A DNA stretch of 64,000 nucleotides from an uncultured Candidatus Poseidoniales archaeon (lineage in GTDB: Archaea; Thermoplasmatota; Poseidoniia; Poseidoniales; Thalassarchaeaceae). Position 1 is the stretch's first letter, and the number at the start of each line of letters is the position of its first letter. The position numbers and the translations under genes are program-made. Where the stretch lies: the NCBI GenBank assembly GCA_963934165.1, contig CAWVXH010000004.1, positions 19,812 to 83,811 of the forward strand, in the 5' to 3' direction. The notes under the pieces were generated by a model. The model ran no database searches, was not told the DNA's origin, and was given only the letters and a program-made list of their open reading frames with translations. Of the stretch, positions 10,019 through 18,323 are shown one piece after another.

Positions 10019-11406
10019 TCATTCATCTGTTCATCACCACTAACAGCGAGTAAATGCGCGGCAGCAGATAGTCCTCCACGGACTGCCCCCTCCATTGTAC
10101 TCGGCCAATCTGTGTCTAACCAATCCCCACCTAGGATAATGCCGCTTGATGCATCATCGGCGTTCGGTCTGAATCTTTGAGTCCCTGGCCGTAATGCCGA
10201 AGTTGCTCGTTTTGCTCTAACAACATGGAATTGAATTAATTCTGGAGAGTTGGGGAATGCTGTTTTTACGACACGCTCATATTCTGTTCGAATTTCGGTA
10301 TCTTTCATTGAAAGATATGGGTCGGCGAAAGATACCGGCACAGAGATCCAGTGCCCTGGAAGTCCAGCTCTTTGAATTTCATCAAGTTCACCAGTCCTGT
10401 CGAAGAGCATCTGGATAAGTGGTTCTTCGATACATGTGACGAATTGGGTGTTTTCTGGTAAAACAGGCCCTTCGTGGAATGCATGTAAACCCATCAAAGT
10501 TGTATTTCCTATCGATTCTAGATTATCTGCAATCGAATTATTAATTTCGGATGAATTTCCTCCTCGTAACAGTCTGGTGGTTGGTTTTATCGGTGTGCAG
10601 AGGATGACCGTGTCAGCAGGAATTTTTTCATCACGAGTACTGACTCCCGAAATCATTCCATCTTTTGATAATATTTCCATAACTGGAGATGATGTTCGTA
10701 ATTTTACACCGACTGAACTCAATGTCCTTCGGAGTGCAGGATCCAATACTCCTGATAAATCTCCGGTAAAAGATACAACATCAAAAGAATCTGTGTTGCT
10801 AAAAAGACCTTTTCTGAATAAAAATGCAGCGGAAGAACTACTCGCATTCGCTGAATCAATATTGAGTGCTGCCATGACAAGTGGGTCCCAAAATCTTTTG
10901 ATTGCTCGCTCGGTTTGGCCATTTTCTTTCAGCCATGTCAAAAAATCGGTATCATCTAGATTGCGGCGCTCTTTTTCGGTCATTTTTTGTAGAGCTTTAA
11001 CAGCCTTCTGCATAGCTATTTTATCTTTTAAACTGAGGAATGGAGCGCGTAGTAAAGACATTGCCAGATGATTTGGTGGTGGTAATTTACCTGATTTCAA
11101 AGTTGATATCCTGCCTTTATCTACCTCGAGATAGGGTAGTCTAGTTTGAGATTGTATTCGCAAAATTTCTCGAGCATCGCAGTGTCCTATCAATTGTAAA
11201 AAACGGTTGTAAACACGAAAAGCTGCGTGTTGGCAATTATCGATTTCCCTATCAATTCCTCTCAAACTAACCGATTGAACACGACCACCTAACGTCGCAC
11301 CCGCTTCGACTAATGTGACATTGATTCCACGTCCAGCTAGTGCGATAGCGCAAGAACAACCAGCTAAACCAGCGCCGACGACTATGACCTTGCCGGCTTC
11401 AAACAT
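9943..11406 (-). CDS. FAD-dependent amine-oxidase-fold oxidoreductase, HpnE/CrtI-like
   Basis: N-terminal Rossmann motif KVIVVGAGLAGCSCAIALAGRGINVTLVEAGATLGGR and C-terminal ILGGDWLDTDWPSTMEGAVRGG, typical of the family. Confidence 0.7.
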   Translation of the reverse strand: MFEAGKVIVVGAGLAGCSCAIALAGRGINVTLVEAGATLGGRVQSVSLRGIDREIDNCQHAAFRVYNRFLQLIGHCDAREILRIQSQTRLPYLEVDKGRISTLKSGKLPPPNHLAMSLLRAPFLSLKDKIAMQKAVKALQKMTEKERRNLDDTDFLTWLKENGQTERAIKRFWDPLVMAALNIDSANASSSSAAFLFRKGLFSNTDSFDVVSFTGDLSGVLDPALRRTLSSVGVKLRTSSPVMEILSKDGMISGVSTRDEKIPADTVILCTPIKPTTRLLRGGNSSEINNSIADNLESIGNTTLMGLHAFHEGPVLPENTQFVTCIEEPLIQMLFDRTGELDEIQRAGLPGHWISVPVSFADPYLSMKDTEIRTEYERVVKTAFPNSPELIQFHVVRAKRATSALRPGTQRFRPNADDASSGIILGGDWLDTDWPSTMEGAVRGGLSAAAHLLAVSGDEQMNDWHHDMNWPDWPEPPRRGSKGWTEW

Positions 11407-11470
11407 GTTCCATCGGGATGCTTCTCCCGTCTTAGGCTCTCGCGCTTAGAGTTCGACTTAGAGAATCGAT

Positions 11471-12397
11471 TCAGAGTAGGCCGGCTTCTTTCAATGCGAC
11501 AGCTAAAACAGCACCGATTTCAGATGGATCGTTTGCGATATGGATTCCTGCTAATTTGAATGCTGCAAATTTTTCTGCAGCAGTGCCCTTTCCACCAGAA
11601 ATTATCGCACCGGCATGTCCCATTCTTTTTCCAGGAGGTGCGGTTGCACCCGCGACGAAACCGACGATTGGTTTCGTAACGTTTTCAGCAGCCCAAGCAG
11701 CAGCATCTTCTTCAGCAGTCCCACCTATTTCGCCAATCATCACAATCGCTTCGGTTTGTAAATCAGCTTGGAAACCGGCGAGGCAATCGATAAACCCGGT
11801 GCCATTAACTGGATCTCCACCTATTCCGATACAGGTCGATTGACCTTCACCTATGCTCATTGTTTGAGCAACAGCTTCGTAGGTTAGAGTTCCTGATTTA
11901 GAAACGATCCCAATTCGTCCCTTCTTGTGTATGTGGCCGGGCATGATACCAATTTTACACCCCCCATCTTTTCCAGGGGTGATGATTCCAGGGCAGTTTG
12001 GTCCGATGAGTCTAATGCCCGGTCTTTGGTCGACATAAGCGACCGCCTTTACCATGTCTAGAGTAGGGATTCCTTCTGTAATACAGACAACAACTCCCTC
12101 ACCTTTGATTTGGTCAAATGCATCCGCAGCTTCCATAATTGCTTCTGCTGCGAATGGTGGTGGGACATAGATTACTGATGCATCAGCATCGGTTTCTTGT
12201 ATCGCTTCGAACATGCTATCGTAAACCGATACTGACTTTTCAGCCATGTCGAGTAACAATCCTCCTTTTCCAGGGGTAACCCCGCCGACAATATCTGTCC
12301 CATATTCTATCATTTTAGTCGCATGAAAAGTTCCTTGTGAGCCTGTGATTCCTTGAACGAGAACTTTGCTATGTTCGTTAATCCAAATAGGCATCAT
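11471..12397 (-). CDS. sucD: Succinyl-CoA synthetase alpha subunit
   Basis: [35 protein letters not shown] and MGHAGAII (catalytic His loop). Confidence 0.95.
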   Translation of the reverse strand: MMPIWINEHSKVLVQGITGSQGTFHATKMIEYGTDIVGGVTPGKGGLLLDMAEKSVSVYDSMFEAIQETDADASVIYVPPPFAAEAIMEAADAFDQIKGEGVVVCITEGIPTLDMVKAVAYVDQRPGIRLIGPNCPGIITPGKDGGCKIGIMPGHIHKKGRIGIVSKSGTLTYEAVAQTMSIGEGQSTCIGIGGDPVNGTGFIDCLAGFQADLQTEAIVMIGEIGGTAEEDAAAWAAENVTKPIVGFVAGATAPPGKRMGHAGAIISGGKGTAAEKFAAFKLAGIHIANDPSEIGAVLAVALKEAGLL

Positions 12398-13602
12398 TGC
12401 TCACCTCCGATAAGTCCGACAATTTTTTTTGCTCCTTCTGCAAGAGTCTTTGCCGAGTAAGTTTGTAAGTCGGATGCGTCAATAATCGCTCGTCCTTCTT
12501 TGTAATTTGTTCCTGAAAGTCGAATGACAAGTGGCACTTCGAGCCCCATTTTCTCAACCGATGCGAGGATTCCTTTTGCAACAATATCACATCGTTGAAT
12601 TCCGCCAAATATATTGACAAGAATTCCTTTCACATTAGGGTCTTCAAGAATAATTTCGAATGCGGCGTTGACTGTGTCTTCTCCAGCTCCACCGCCGATG
12701 TCGAGGAAATTCGCCGGTTCGCCACCGTATAATTGGATGACATCCATGGTTGCCATCGCGAGTCCGGCTCCATTCACTAAACAGCCGATGTCGCCATCGA
12801 GTTTGACATATGATAACCCTAATTCTTTGGCCCGAACTTCAGCATCATCCTCTTCACCTAAATCTCTGATATCTTCCCACTCTTTGTGCCGGAACGAGGC
12901 ATTCTCATCGAAACTAACCTTCGCATCGAGTGCGATGATTTCATCATCTTCTGAACGGACTAACGGATTAATCTCAATCATTGCACAATCATTCATAACG
13001 AAGACATCATACAATTTCCCTAGAATGCCAAAAAAAGATTTGAGGGCAGCGCCTGATAATCCGAGATCCATACCTAAATTTCTCTTCTGAAAGCCCAACA
13101 GTCCTGCTGCGGGATCCACCCAAACTTTGTGAAGAGCTTCAGGAGTATTTTCAGCAACCTCTTCGATATCCATTCCACCTTCTGTGGAAGCCATAATCAA
13201 AACCGCCTTAGCCTCTCGATCAACTAAAATCGCCAAATAATATTCGTGAGCTATCGCACAACCGGCTTCGACATAGAGATTGTTGACAATTTTGCCGTCT
13301 TCCCCTGTTTGAATTGTGACTAATTTATTTCCGAGAATGTTTCGTGAATACAATTCAACATCCTCGCGAGAATGCGCAATTTTCACGCCGCCCACCATCA
13401 CTTTTTCACCGGATTCAGGAGAGTATAATGTGCCCTTTCCGCGACCACCTGCGTGGATTTGTGACTTCACTGCAACTACTTTTGAGCCGAGGGAATCGTA
13501 TGCAGAGAGTGCATCTTCAATGCTTGTGCAGTGAACGCCATCGAGGACGTTAACTCCTGCTTCACGGAACATCGACTTACCTTGGTACTCATGAATATTC
13601 AT
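12394..13602 (-). CDS. sucC: Succinyl-CoA synthetase beta subunit
   Basis: MNIHEYQGK start typical of SucC, ATP-grasp region, [10 protein letters not shown]. There is a 4-nt overlap with sucD. The maximal ORF extends to 13638. Confidence 0.95.
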   Translation of the reverse strand: MNIHEYQGKSMFREAGVNVLDGVHCTSIEDALSAYDSLGSKVVAVKSQIHAGGRGKGTLYSPESGEKVMVGGVKIAHSREDVELYSRNILGNKLVTIQTGEDGKIVNNLYVEAGCAIAHEYYLAILVDREAKAVLIMASTEGGMDIEEVAENTPEALHKVWVDPAAGLLGFQKRNLGMDLGLSGAALKSFFGILGKLYDVFVMNDCAMIEINPLVRSEDDEIIALDAKVSFDENASFRHKEWEDIRDLGEEDDAEVRAKELGLSYVKLDGDIGCLVNGAGLAMATMDVIQLYGGEPANFLDIGGGAGEDTVNAAFEIILEDPNVKGILVNIFGGIQRCDIVAKGILASVEKMGLEVPLVIRLSGTNYKEGRAIIDASDLQTYSAKTLAEGAKKIVGLIGGEQ

Positions 13603-13707
13603 CGCTATCGTGCGTGCGACTCGACCTCGCTCTTTCAACGATGCGCTTTGAGGAGTTCTAAGTCGTTGACGCGAAGTGCTGAAAATGGGTCCTGCTCCCG
13701 CTCGTCC

Positions 13708-14667
13708 ATGGACGTAGTAGTTTTGGCCGGAGGGTTTGGTACAAGATTACGTCCTTGGACCGAAGGGAGGGCCAAACCTTTGCTTCCGCTTCTAGACAAG
13801 ACTTTGCTCGAGCGTGTTGTAGAATGCGTCCCGCTCGAAATGATCGATCGTGTGGTTGTCGCTGCAGGCTATGGAATTGAGGAAATGCAGCGATTCTCCG
13901 ACTCATCAGAATTGCCATATGAGGTGATTCTTTCTGTTGAAAATGAGGCTCTTGGCACGGGGGGGGCGGTCGCACTCGCCCGTAAACATTTGACGGGTAG
14001 TGGCCCAATTTTGATTTTAAATGGTGATTTGGTTTCAAGCGTAGATGTTGCAGCTCTTGCCAAACATCATTCATCTTCAGGAGCGGCCGCGACCCTTTCA
14101 CTTTGGCCTGTTGATGATCCGAGTCGATTCGGTGTGTGTGAGTTGGATGATTCAGGTTTTATTCGCCGCTTTCAAGAAAAACCAGAGCGAGGAACAGAAT
14201 TTTCGAATTTGATAAATGCAGGCTGTTATTTACTTGAGCGAGAAGTTCTAGATTCGCTCTCTCTTAATCACCACAGCATGGAGCGCGAAATTTTCCCCAG
14301 CATTGCTGAATCTGGACGAATGGCGGGTCTTGAGTTTGAAGGCTTCTTTGTCGATGCAGGAACTCCCTCTTCATTTCTTGAAGCGGCACAAGTTTGCATC
14401 AATAATGGCAGATTTTCTACAGGTGTAATTTTCGAAGATTCATGGTTTGCCGATACAGTCATTGATGGTGGGCAAGTCTCGGGTTCTGCGATTGGTTCTG
14501 AAGTGAAAATCGGAAAAGGTGCAAATTTGATCAACTGCGTTGTCCTTGATGGGGCAATAATCGGTGAGTCAGTTCATTTAGATCGATGTTTAATTGGTGA
14601 AGGTGCGACAATTTCGGGTGGATGTCGCCTCAATGATAAGGTCGTAGGTCACGGCGAGATAATCTGA
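13708..14667 (+). CDS. NDP-sugar pyrophosphorylase (sugar-1-phosphate nucleotidyltransferase) with C-terminal left-handed beta-helix
   Basis: MDVVVLAGGFGTRLRPWTEGRAKPLLPL signature and hexapeptide-like repeats at the C-terminus. The upstream part of the maximal ORF (13531) overlaps sucC and is unlikely to be coding. Confidence 0.8.
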   Translation: MDVVVLAGGFGTRLRPWTEGRAKPLLPLLDKTLLERVVECVPLEMIDRVVVAAGYGIEEMQRFSDSSELPYEVILSVENEALGTGGAVALARKHLTGSGPILILNGDLVSSVDVAALAKHHSSSGAAATLSLWPVDDPSRFGVCELDDSGFIRRFQEKPERGTEFSNLINAGCYLLEREVLDSLSLNHHSMEREIFPSIAESGRMAGLEFEGFFVDAGTPSSFLEAAQVCINNGRFSTGVIFEDSWFADTVIDGGQVSGSAIGSEVKIGKGANLINCVVLDGAIIGESVHLDRCLIGEGATISGGCRLNDKVVGHGEII

Positions 14668-14709
14668 TTTATCCGTTAGCGTCAAAGAGGAATTGCTTCT
14701 CGCCGAATC

Positions 14710-15372
14710 ATGGGTGGGCAATTAGTCGTAGTCAATTTCAAGACTTATGAAACCGCTCATGGCATCGCTGCAGAAGAATTAGCTAGAGCGATGGCTAGTA
14801 TTGAAACGGATGCGAGGATGATTGCGGTAGTCTCCGCATTCGATCTTTCAGCGGTTGTTGATGCAGCCCCCAAACTCGAAGTTTGGACCCAACATCTCGA
14901 CCCAATAGGTTTCGGATCAAATACTGGTTGGTTACATCCTGATACTGCTATTTCTCGAGGAGCTAGTGGGACAATTATCAATCACGCAGAACACAAAGTA
15001 TCTCTCGAACATGTGGCGATGATTCTTGATTCCGTTCCAGAGGATTTCACAGTCTGCGCATGCGCAGCAAATATCGAGGAAGCCAGAGCATTGACAGCAT
15101 TACAACCCGACTATGTCGCTGTCGAACCACCTGAATTGATTGGTGGAGATATCTCTGTGACAACCGCAGACCCTGATATTGTCATCAGTACTGCTGCAGC
15201 AATCTCAGAGATTAACGAAAATGTGGGGATTCTTTGCGGTGCTGGTGTGAAGAATGGAGCTGATGTAGCAATGGCAATTCAATTGGGCACATCTGGTGTT
15301 CTTCTGGCTTCAGGAGTCACAAAAGTTGCTGACCCCGTTTCTGCTTTGGCTGATTTAGTGTCGAAGATTTGA
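14710..15372 (+). CDS. tpiA: Triosephosphate isomerase, short archaeal type
   Basis: 220 aa, with VVNFKTYE, INHAEHK, YVAVEPPELIG and GAGVKNG. Confidence 0.9.
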   Translation: MGGQLVVVNFKTYETAHGIAAEELARAMASIETDARMIAVVSAFDLSAVVDAAPKLEVWTQHLDPIGFGSNTGWLHPDTAISRGASGTIINHAEHKVSLEHVAMILDSVPEDFTVCACAANIEEARALTALQPDYVAVEPPELIGGDISVTTADPDIVISTAAAISEINENVGILCGAGVKNGADVAMAIQLGTSGVLLASGVTKVADPVSALADLVSKI

Positions 15373-16207
15373 GCACTGCCCCAGGGCATTTTTGTTTGAA
15401 AGTACAATTCCTGCATCGCCATTTACTTCGAGATCGAGGTAATTCATCGATATCTCCTGAGAAAATCATCAGATGGGCCATCTGTTCAATATCCATCGCA
15501 ATCATCGACCTGGATTCGGCCGCCCACTTAGAATCCGCTCTTTTCTGCCACTTAACCCATCGAGTTCCGAGCCAGCCAATGCGAATTACATCCATTTGCT
15601 CGACTGGGACGGTGATCAATGGATTTCTTTCAGCCCACAATATCATAGATCCTAATTCCAAGAATACAGCGGCTTTGGGAATACGAGAATTCATTTCCAT
15701 CGTTATTCGTACCATAGTCAGTCTATCACCATTCCAAATCATTAGATCAGGTGCACCATATTGACGAGCACCATCGAGTAAAAGTGGTTGCAATCTATCA
15801 ACTGCCTGCCAAAGCCCCGGATTGAGTCGTTGAAGTCGACCGATGACGGGTGCGTTTCTGATTAAGGAAAATCTGTGCATCATCATTTTGACCATCGAAT
15901 CGATCCCGGAGTGAGGATTCGATTCTATGACTTGATTCGATACAATGGATGCTAAAATTGCCCGGTGAATAACCATTCGATATTCTTCAATATCTGGATC
16001 TTCGTTCACCGACCAAGATTCTAACATCGAAAAAAGTGCATCTCGCAAACCACGTCTAGCGTGGTCACCGAGTGGTCTTTTCTGACTTTTTTTCTTTATT
16101 TCAACTGAATTATGAGAGAGTACGTGCTCTAGCACGTATTTTCTAGTACATCCATCCAGTAATCTTCCTCGAGTAGGGCTCCACGATATTCTAGGACTAT
16201 TCCACAT
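15317..16207 (-). CDS. Putative PD-(D/E)XK (Cas4/RecB-like) nuclease-fold protein with four-Cys arrangement
   Basis: N-terminal SPTRGRLLDGCTRKYVLEH resembles the Cas4/AddB N-terminal Cys motif. The C-terminal CRNCTFKQKCPG supplies three more Cys. Catalytic D/ExK residues could not be identified with certainty. Confidence 0.4.
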   Translation of the reverse strand: MWNSPRISWSPTRGRLLDGCTRKYVLEHVLSHNSVEIKKKSQKRPLGDHARRGLRDALFSMLESWSVNEDPDIEEYRMVIHRAILASIVSNQVIESNPHSGIDSMVKMMMHRFSLIRNAPVIGRLQRLNPGLWQAVDRLQPLLLDGARQYGAPDLMIWNGDRLTMVRITMEMNSRIPKAAVFLELGSMILWAERNPLITVPVEQMDVIRIGWLGTRWVKWQKRADSKWAAESRSMIAMDIEQMAHLMIFSGDIDELPRSRSKWRCRNCTFKQKCPGAVLKSSTLNQPKQKRGQQLL

Positions 16208-16252
16208 GTCGTCAGACCTGAAAATTCAGAGTCTATGAGGTTATCCGAAAAC

Positions 16253-16360
16253 TCACTGTTTCGCACGCTTGCGAGAAGCCTTTCGCCTTCGCAACTTCTT
16301 CTTGCGCCACTTCCAGCGTTGATTACCCTGCTTCTTCCAAGCACGTGAACCTCGCTTCAT
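16253..16360 (-). CDS. rpl41e: Ribosomal protein eL41-like micro-protein (35 aa), absent from the ORF track
   Basis: ATG at 16360, TGA at 16253-16255. The product MKRGSRAWKKQGNQRWKWRKKKLRRRKASRKRAKQ matches the archaeal L41e pattern as I recall it (R-x-W-K-K-x-G-x-x-R-W-K-W-x-K-K-x-x-R-R). A TATA-like element lies ~27 nt upstream. Confidence 0.6.
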   Translation of the reverse strand: MKRGSRAWKKQGNQRWKWRKKKLRRRKASRKRAKQ

Positions 16361-16382
16361 GCAGCCCGCCGACTTACTGCCC

Positions 16383-16390
16383 CTATATGA
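16383..16390 (-). promoter_or_regulatory. TATA-like box upstream of the eL41-like gene
   Basis: The minus strand reads TCATATAG, centred ~27 nt upstream of the ATG at 16360. This is consistent with a leaderless archaeal mRNA. Confidence 0.3.
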
Positions 16391-16462
16391 GTGGAACGCA
16401 CCCACACTCGGAAATAGGCTTCAGCGTATGAGATAATTCTACTTCAATAAACTTATGTTAAA

Positions 16463-16539
16463 TGGTGGGCGATACAGGATTCGAACCCGTGTTCTCGGAT
16501 TAGAAATCCGAGGTGATATCCAGACTACACTAATCGCCC
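16463..16539 (-). tRNA. tRNA-Arg (anticodon TCT), CCA encoded
   Basis: The reverse complement GGGCGAT TA GTGT..TCAC C TCGGA TTTCTAA TCCGA ... ACGGG TTCGAAT CCTGT ATCGCCC A CCA folds as a cloverleaf. The acceptor stem has 7 bp and the anticodon loop is TT-TCT-AA. Confidence 0.9.
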
Positions 16540-16602
16540 TTGAGCCACGGGCGCGGTCTCCCTTTCATGAACCCTGCACATCGAATTGACTCAGAATATT
16601 CA

Positions 16603-17325
16603 TCATGATTCGTTCAAGGTATTGCTCTGATTTAATTTTCCATCGTCTTGGATATCATTCAGAATATCTTCTTCCGAACGTCCAGTTTTAATAGCCACAC
16701 CCTTTAGTTTTTTTTTCAGTTGCCTTTTACCCCAAAAAAAGTTATATAACCCATTTATTGCCCTTAATATCACTTCAAGAATCGATAGAAGAATCAAACT
16801 ATTCCACCAGGAATTTGCCAATTCTGGCCAACTTTCAATCAAAGAAATGATTGAATCTATGTGAACGGCCGTCGAGTCGACAAGGAATACACCGAGAACA
16901 GCAAATGGCAACATTTTCGCAACATCTCTAGAGAGTTCTTCTGTCCAATATGATAGAATTCTGATGGCTCCCACTACAGCTGTTGCAATCAATGCGTTTC
17001 GGGCATGATCGGGGTCACTTGCGAACAATGTCAAAATCATTGCTAAAATAAGAGTCCAAAATGCAATTAGTATTGGGATTAATACAATGTAAAGGCCGAT
17101 ATGGAAAACGATTCGAAAATATAACCGAAATTTTCCAGAATAATTTTTCTCAAATTTACTCAAGTCGAGTGTCAGAATGTCCTTTCGAGCTAAGAATCGA
17201 TAAAACAAAAAGACAAATCCTGAATATAATGCAATAGCGATTACAGCCAGTATAATTGGATAGGTTTCTGCGATGAAGTTTTCAAAAATTGTTTGAAATT
17301 GATCTAGAGACCGGGGGACGTCCAT
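16603..17325 (-). CDS. Hypothetical integral membrane protein
   Basis: Multiple hydrophobic segments. Start chosen at MDVPRSLDQ (17325), which avoids overlap with the upstream gene. The maximal ORF extends to 17388. Confidence 0.5.
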   Translation of the reverse strand: MDVPRSLDQFQTIFENFIAETYPIILAVIAIALYSGFVFLFYRFLARKDILTLDLSKFEKNYSGKFRLYFRIVFHIGLYIVLIPILIAFWTLILAMILTLFASDPDHARNALIATAVVGAIRILSYWTEELSRDVAKMLPFAVLGVFLVDSTAVHIDSIISLIESWPELANSWWNSLILLSILEVILRAINGLYNFFWGKRQLKKKLKGVAIKTGRSEEDILNDIQDDGKLNQSNTLNES

Positions 17326-17360
17326 GCCCTTGCACGAAAGAGAGGTGCAAGTTAATTTTC

Positions 17361-17918
17361 CTACTGTGAAGTGAATTTTGAGGCACATTTAGGGCATCTA
17401 TTAGGTAAGCTAACTCTTTTGCGTTCCCAAGAATAACCACATTTAGAACAAATCCATTGTCTTTCGGGAAGATTTTCGAGAACTGCACTACGCATCTTTT
17501 GCAGGACTGGTGAATCAGCGAGTTTTGGAGGGGGGGCCATCTTTTTGACCAAATCTGCATGTGTTGTACCGTGGTCGAGAAGTCCAACTGCATGTAATAA
17601 TTCGTGAACGAGAGTATGGCGGAAGAGGGTATCATCATTAGCGAGGATGGGGTTTAATCCGATAGTGACTGGGCCGGGCGAAACTTTCAATCTACGTCGC
17701 CTGAATAATTCGTGATGGTTACATTCGAAACGCGTCATACCTAATCTTGAATCAGATTCTTCCAACCAGATTGTGCTGAGATTTTTTTTTAGAAAACGTA
17801 GAAATGGTGCGTCAACTCTGGATAATTGTTGTTCTAGTTGGTCGAAAATATTGAGAGGAATCTGGGGTGGAATTGAAATATTGTTGCCACGGTTTTCCTC
17901 TTCATCGACTCCCGGCAT
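17361..17918 (-). CDS. SprT/Wss1-like zinc metalloprotease with C-terminal zinc ribbon
   Basis: HExxH motif in TLVHELLHAVGLLDH, and a C-terminal CSKCGYSW...RCPKCAS CxxC...CxxC ribbon. Confidence 0.55.
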   Translation of the reverse strand: MPGVDEEENRGNNISIPPQIPLNIFDQLEQQLSRVDAPFLRFLKKNLSTIWLEESDSRLGMTRFECNHHELFRRRRLKVSPGPVTIGLNPILANDDTLFRHTLVHELLHAVGLLDHGTTHADLVKKMAPPPKLADSPVLQKMRSAVLENLPERQWICSKCGYSWERKRVSLPNRCPKCASKFTSQ

Positions 17919-17971
17919 GGCTGTGCCTACTCCATTTTCCTTAAATGGTCGTCGAAGGTCGCTTGTTCCCT

Positions 17972-18048
17972 GGGCGTGTGGCGCAGCTTGGAAGCGCGCT
18001 TCCTTGGCATGGAAGAGGCCCCGAGTTCAAATCTCGGCTCGTCCACCA
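17972..18048 (+). tRNA. tRNA-Ala (anticodon GGC), CCA encoded
   Basis: GGGCGTG TG GCGC AGCTTGGAA GCGC G CTTCC TTGGCAT GGAAG AGGCC CCGAG TTCAAAT CTCGG CTCGTCC A CCA. The G3:U70 alanine identity pair is present. One T:T mismatch occurs at 6:67. Confidence 0.85.
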
Positions 18049-18323
18049 TCATTCTTAACGAGTATGAAATTTGTAAATTTAGTCTTGTAAATTGAATGGT
18101 AAATACTTTGTTAAAACAATCTTATTATTCTTCGCTTCTGTAAATAAAAAATAATGAATGTTATTTCTAATGAATTATCCAATCAGAAATGAGTACTGCA
18201 GGTCATTATGTTAGGCGAAATCAATTTCAAAAGGTATTGAATTCGGCAGATTTTGGACTCAACGGTTAAACAATCTCTATAACAGGTAGTGAACTGGGCA
18301 GGCTCTGGAGCGTGTAAACAAAC

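Noticed and set aside
10436-11071. 211-aa ORF on the + strand inside the HpnE-like gene
   Set aside because: It is antisense to a gene with a clear Rossmann motif and full-length family similarity, and has no motifs of its own.
12378-12620. 80-aa ORF on the minus strand overlapping sucC/sucD
   Set aside because: It is an alternative frame within the sucC 3' region and has no independent support.
13531-13707. N-terminal 59 codons of the maximal nucleotidyltransferase ORF
   Set aside because: This part overlaps the sucC start region on the opposite strand. It precedes the canonical MDVVVLAGGxGTRL start motif, so the shorter start at 13708 is preferred.
17773-18090. 105-aa ORF on the + strand
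   Set aside because: It overlaps the SprT-like gene antisense and runs straight through tRNA-Ala(GGC). It is a by-product of the tRNA and the opposite-strand gene.
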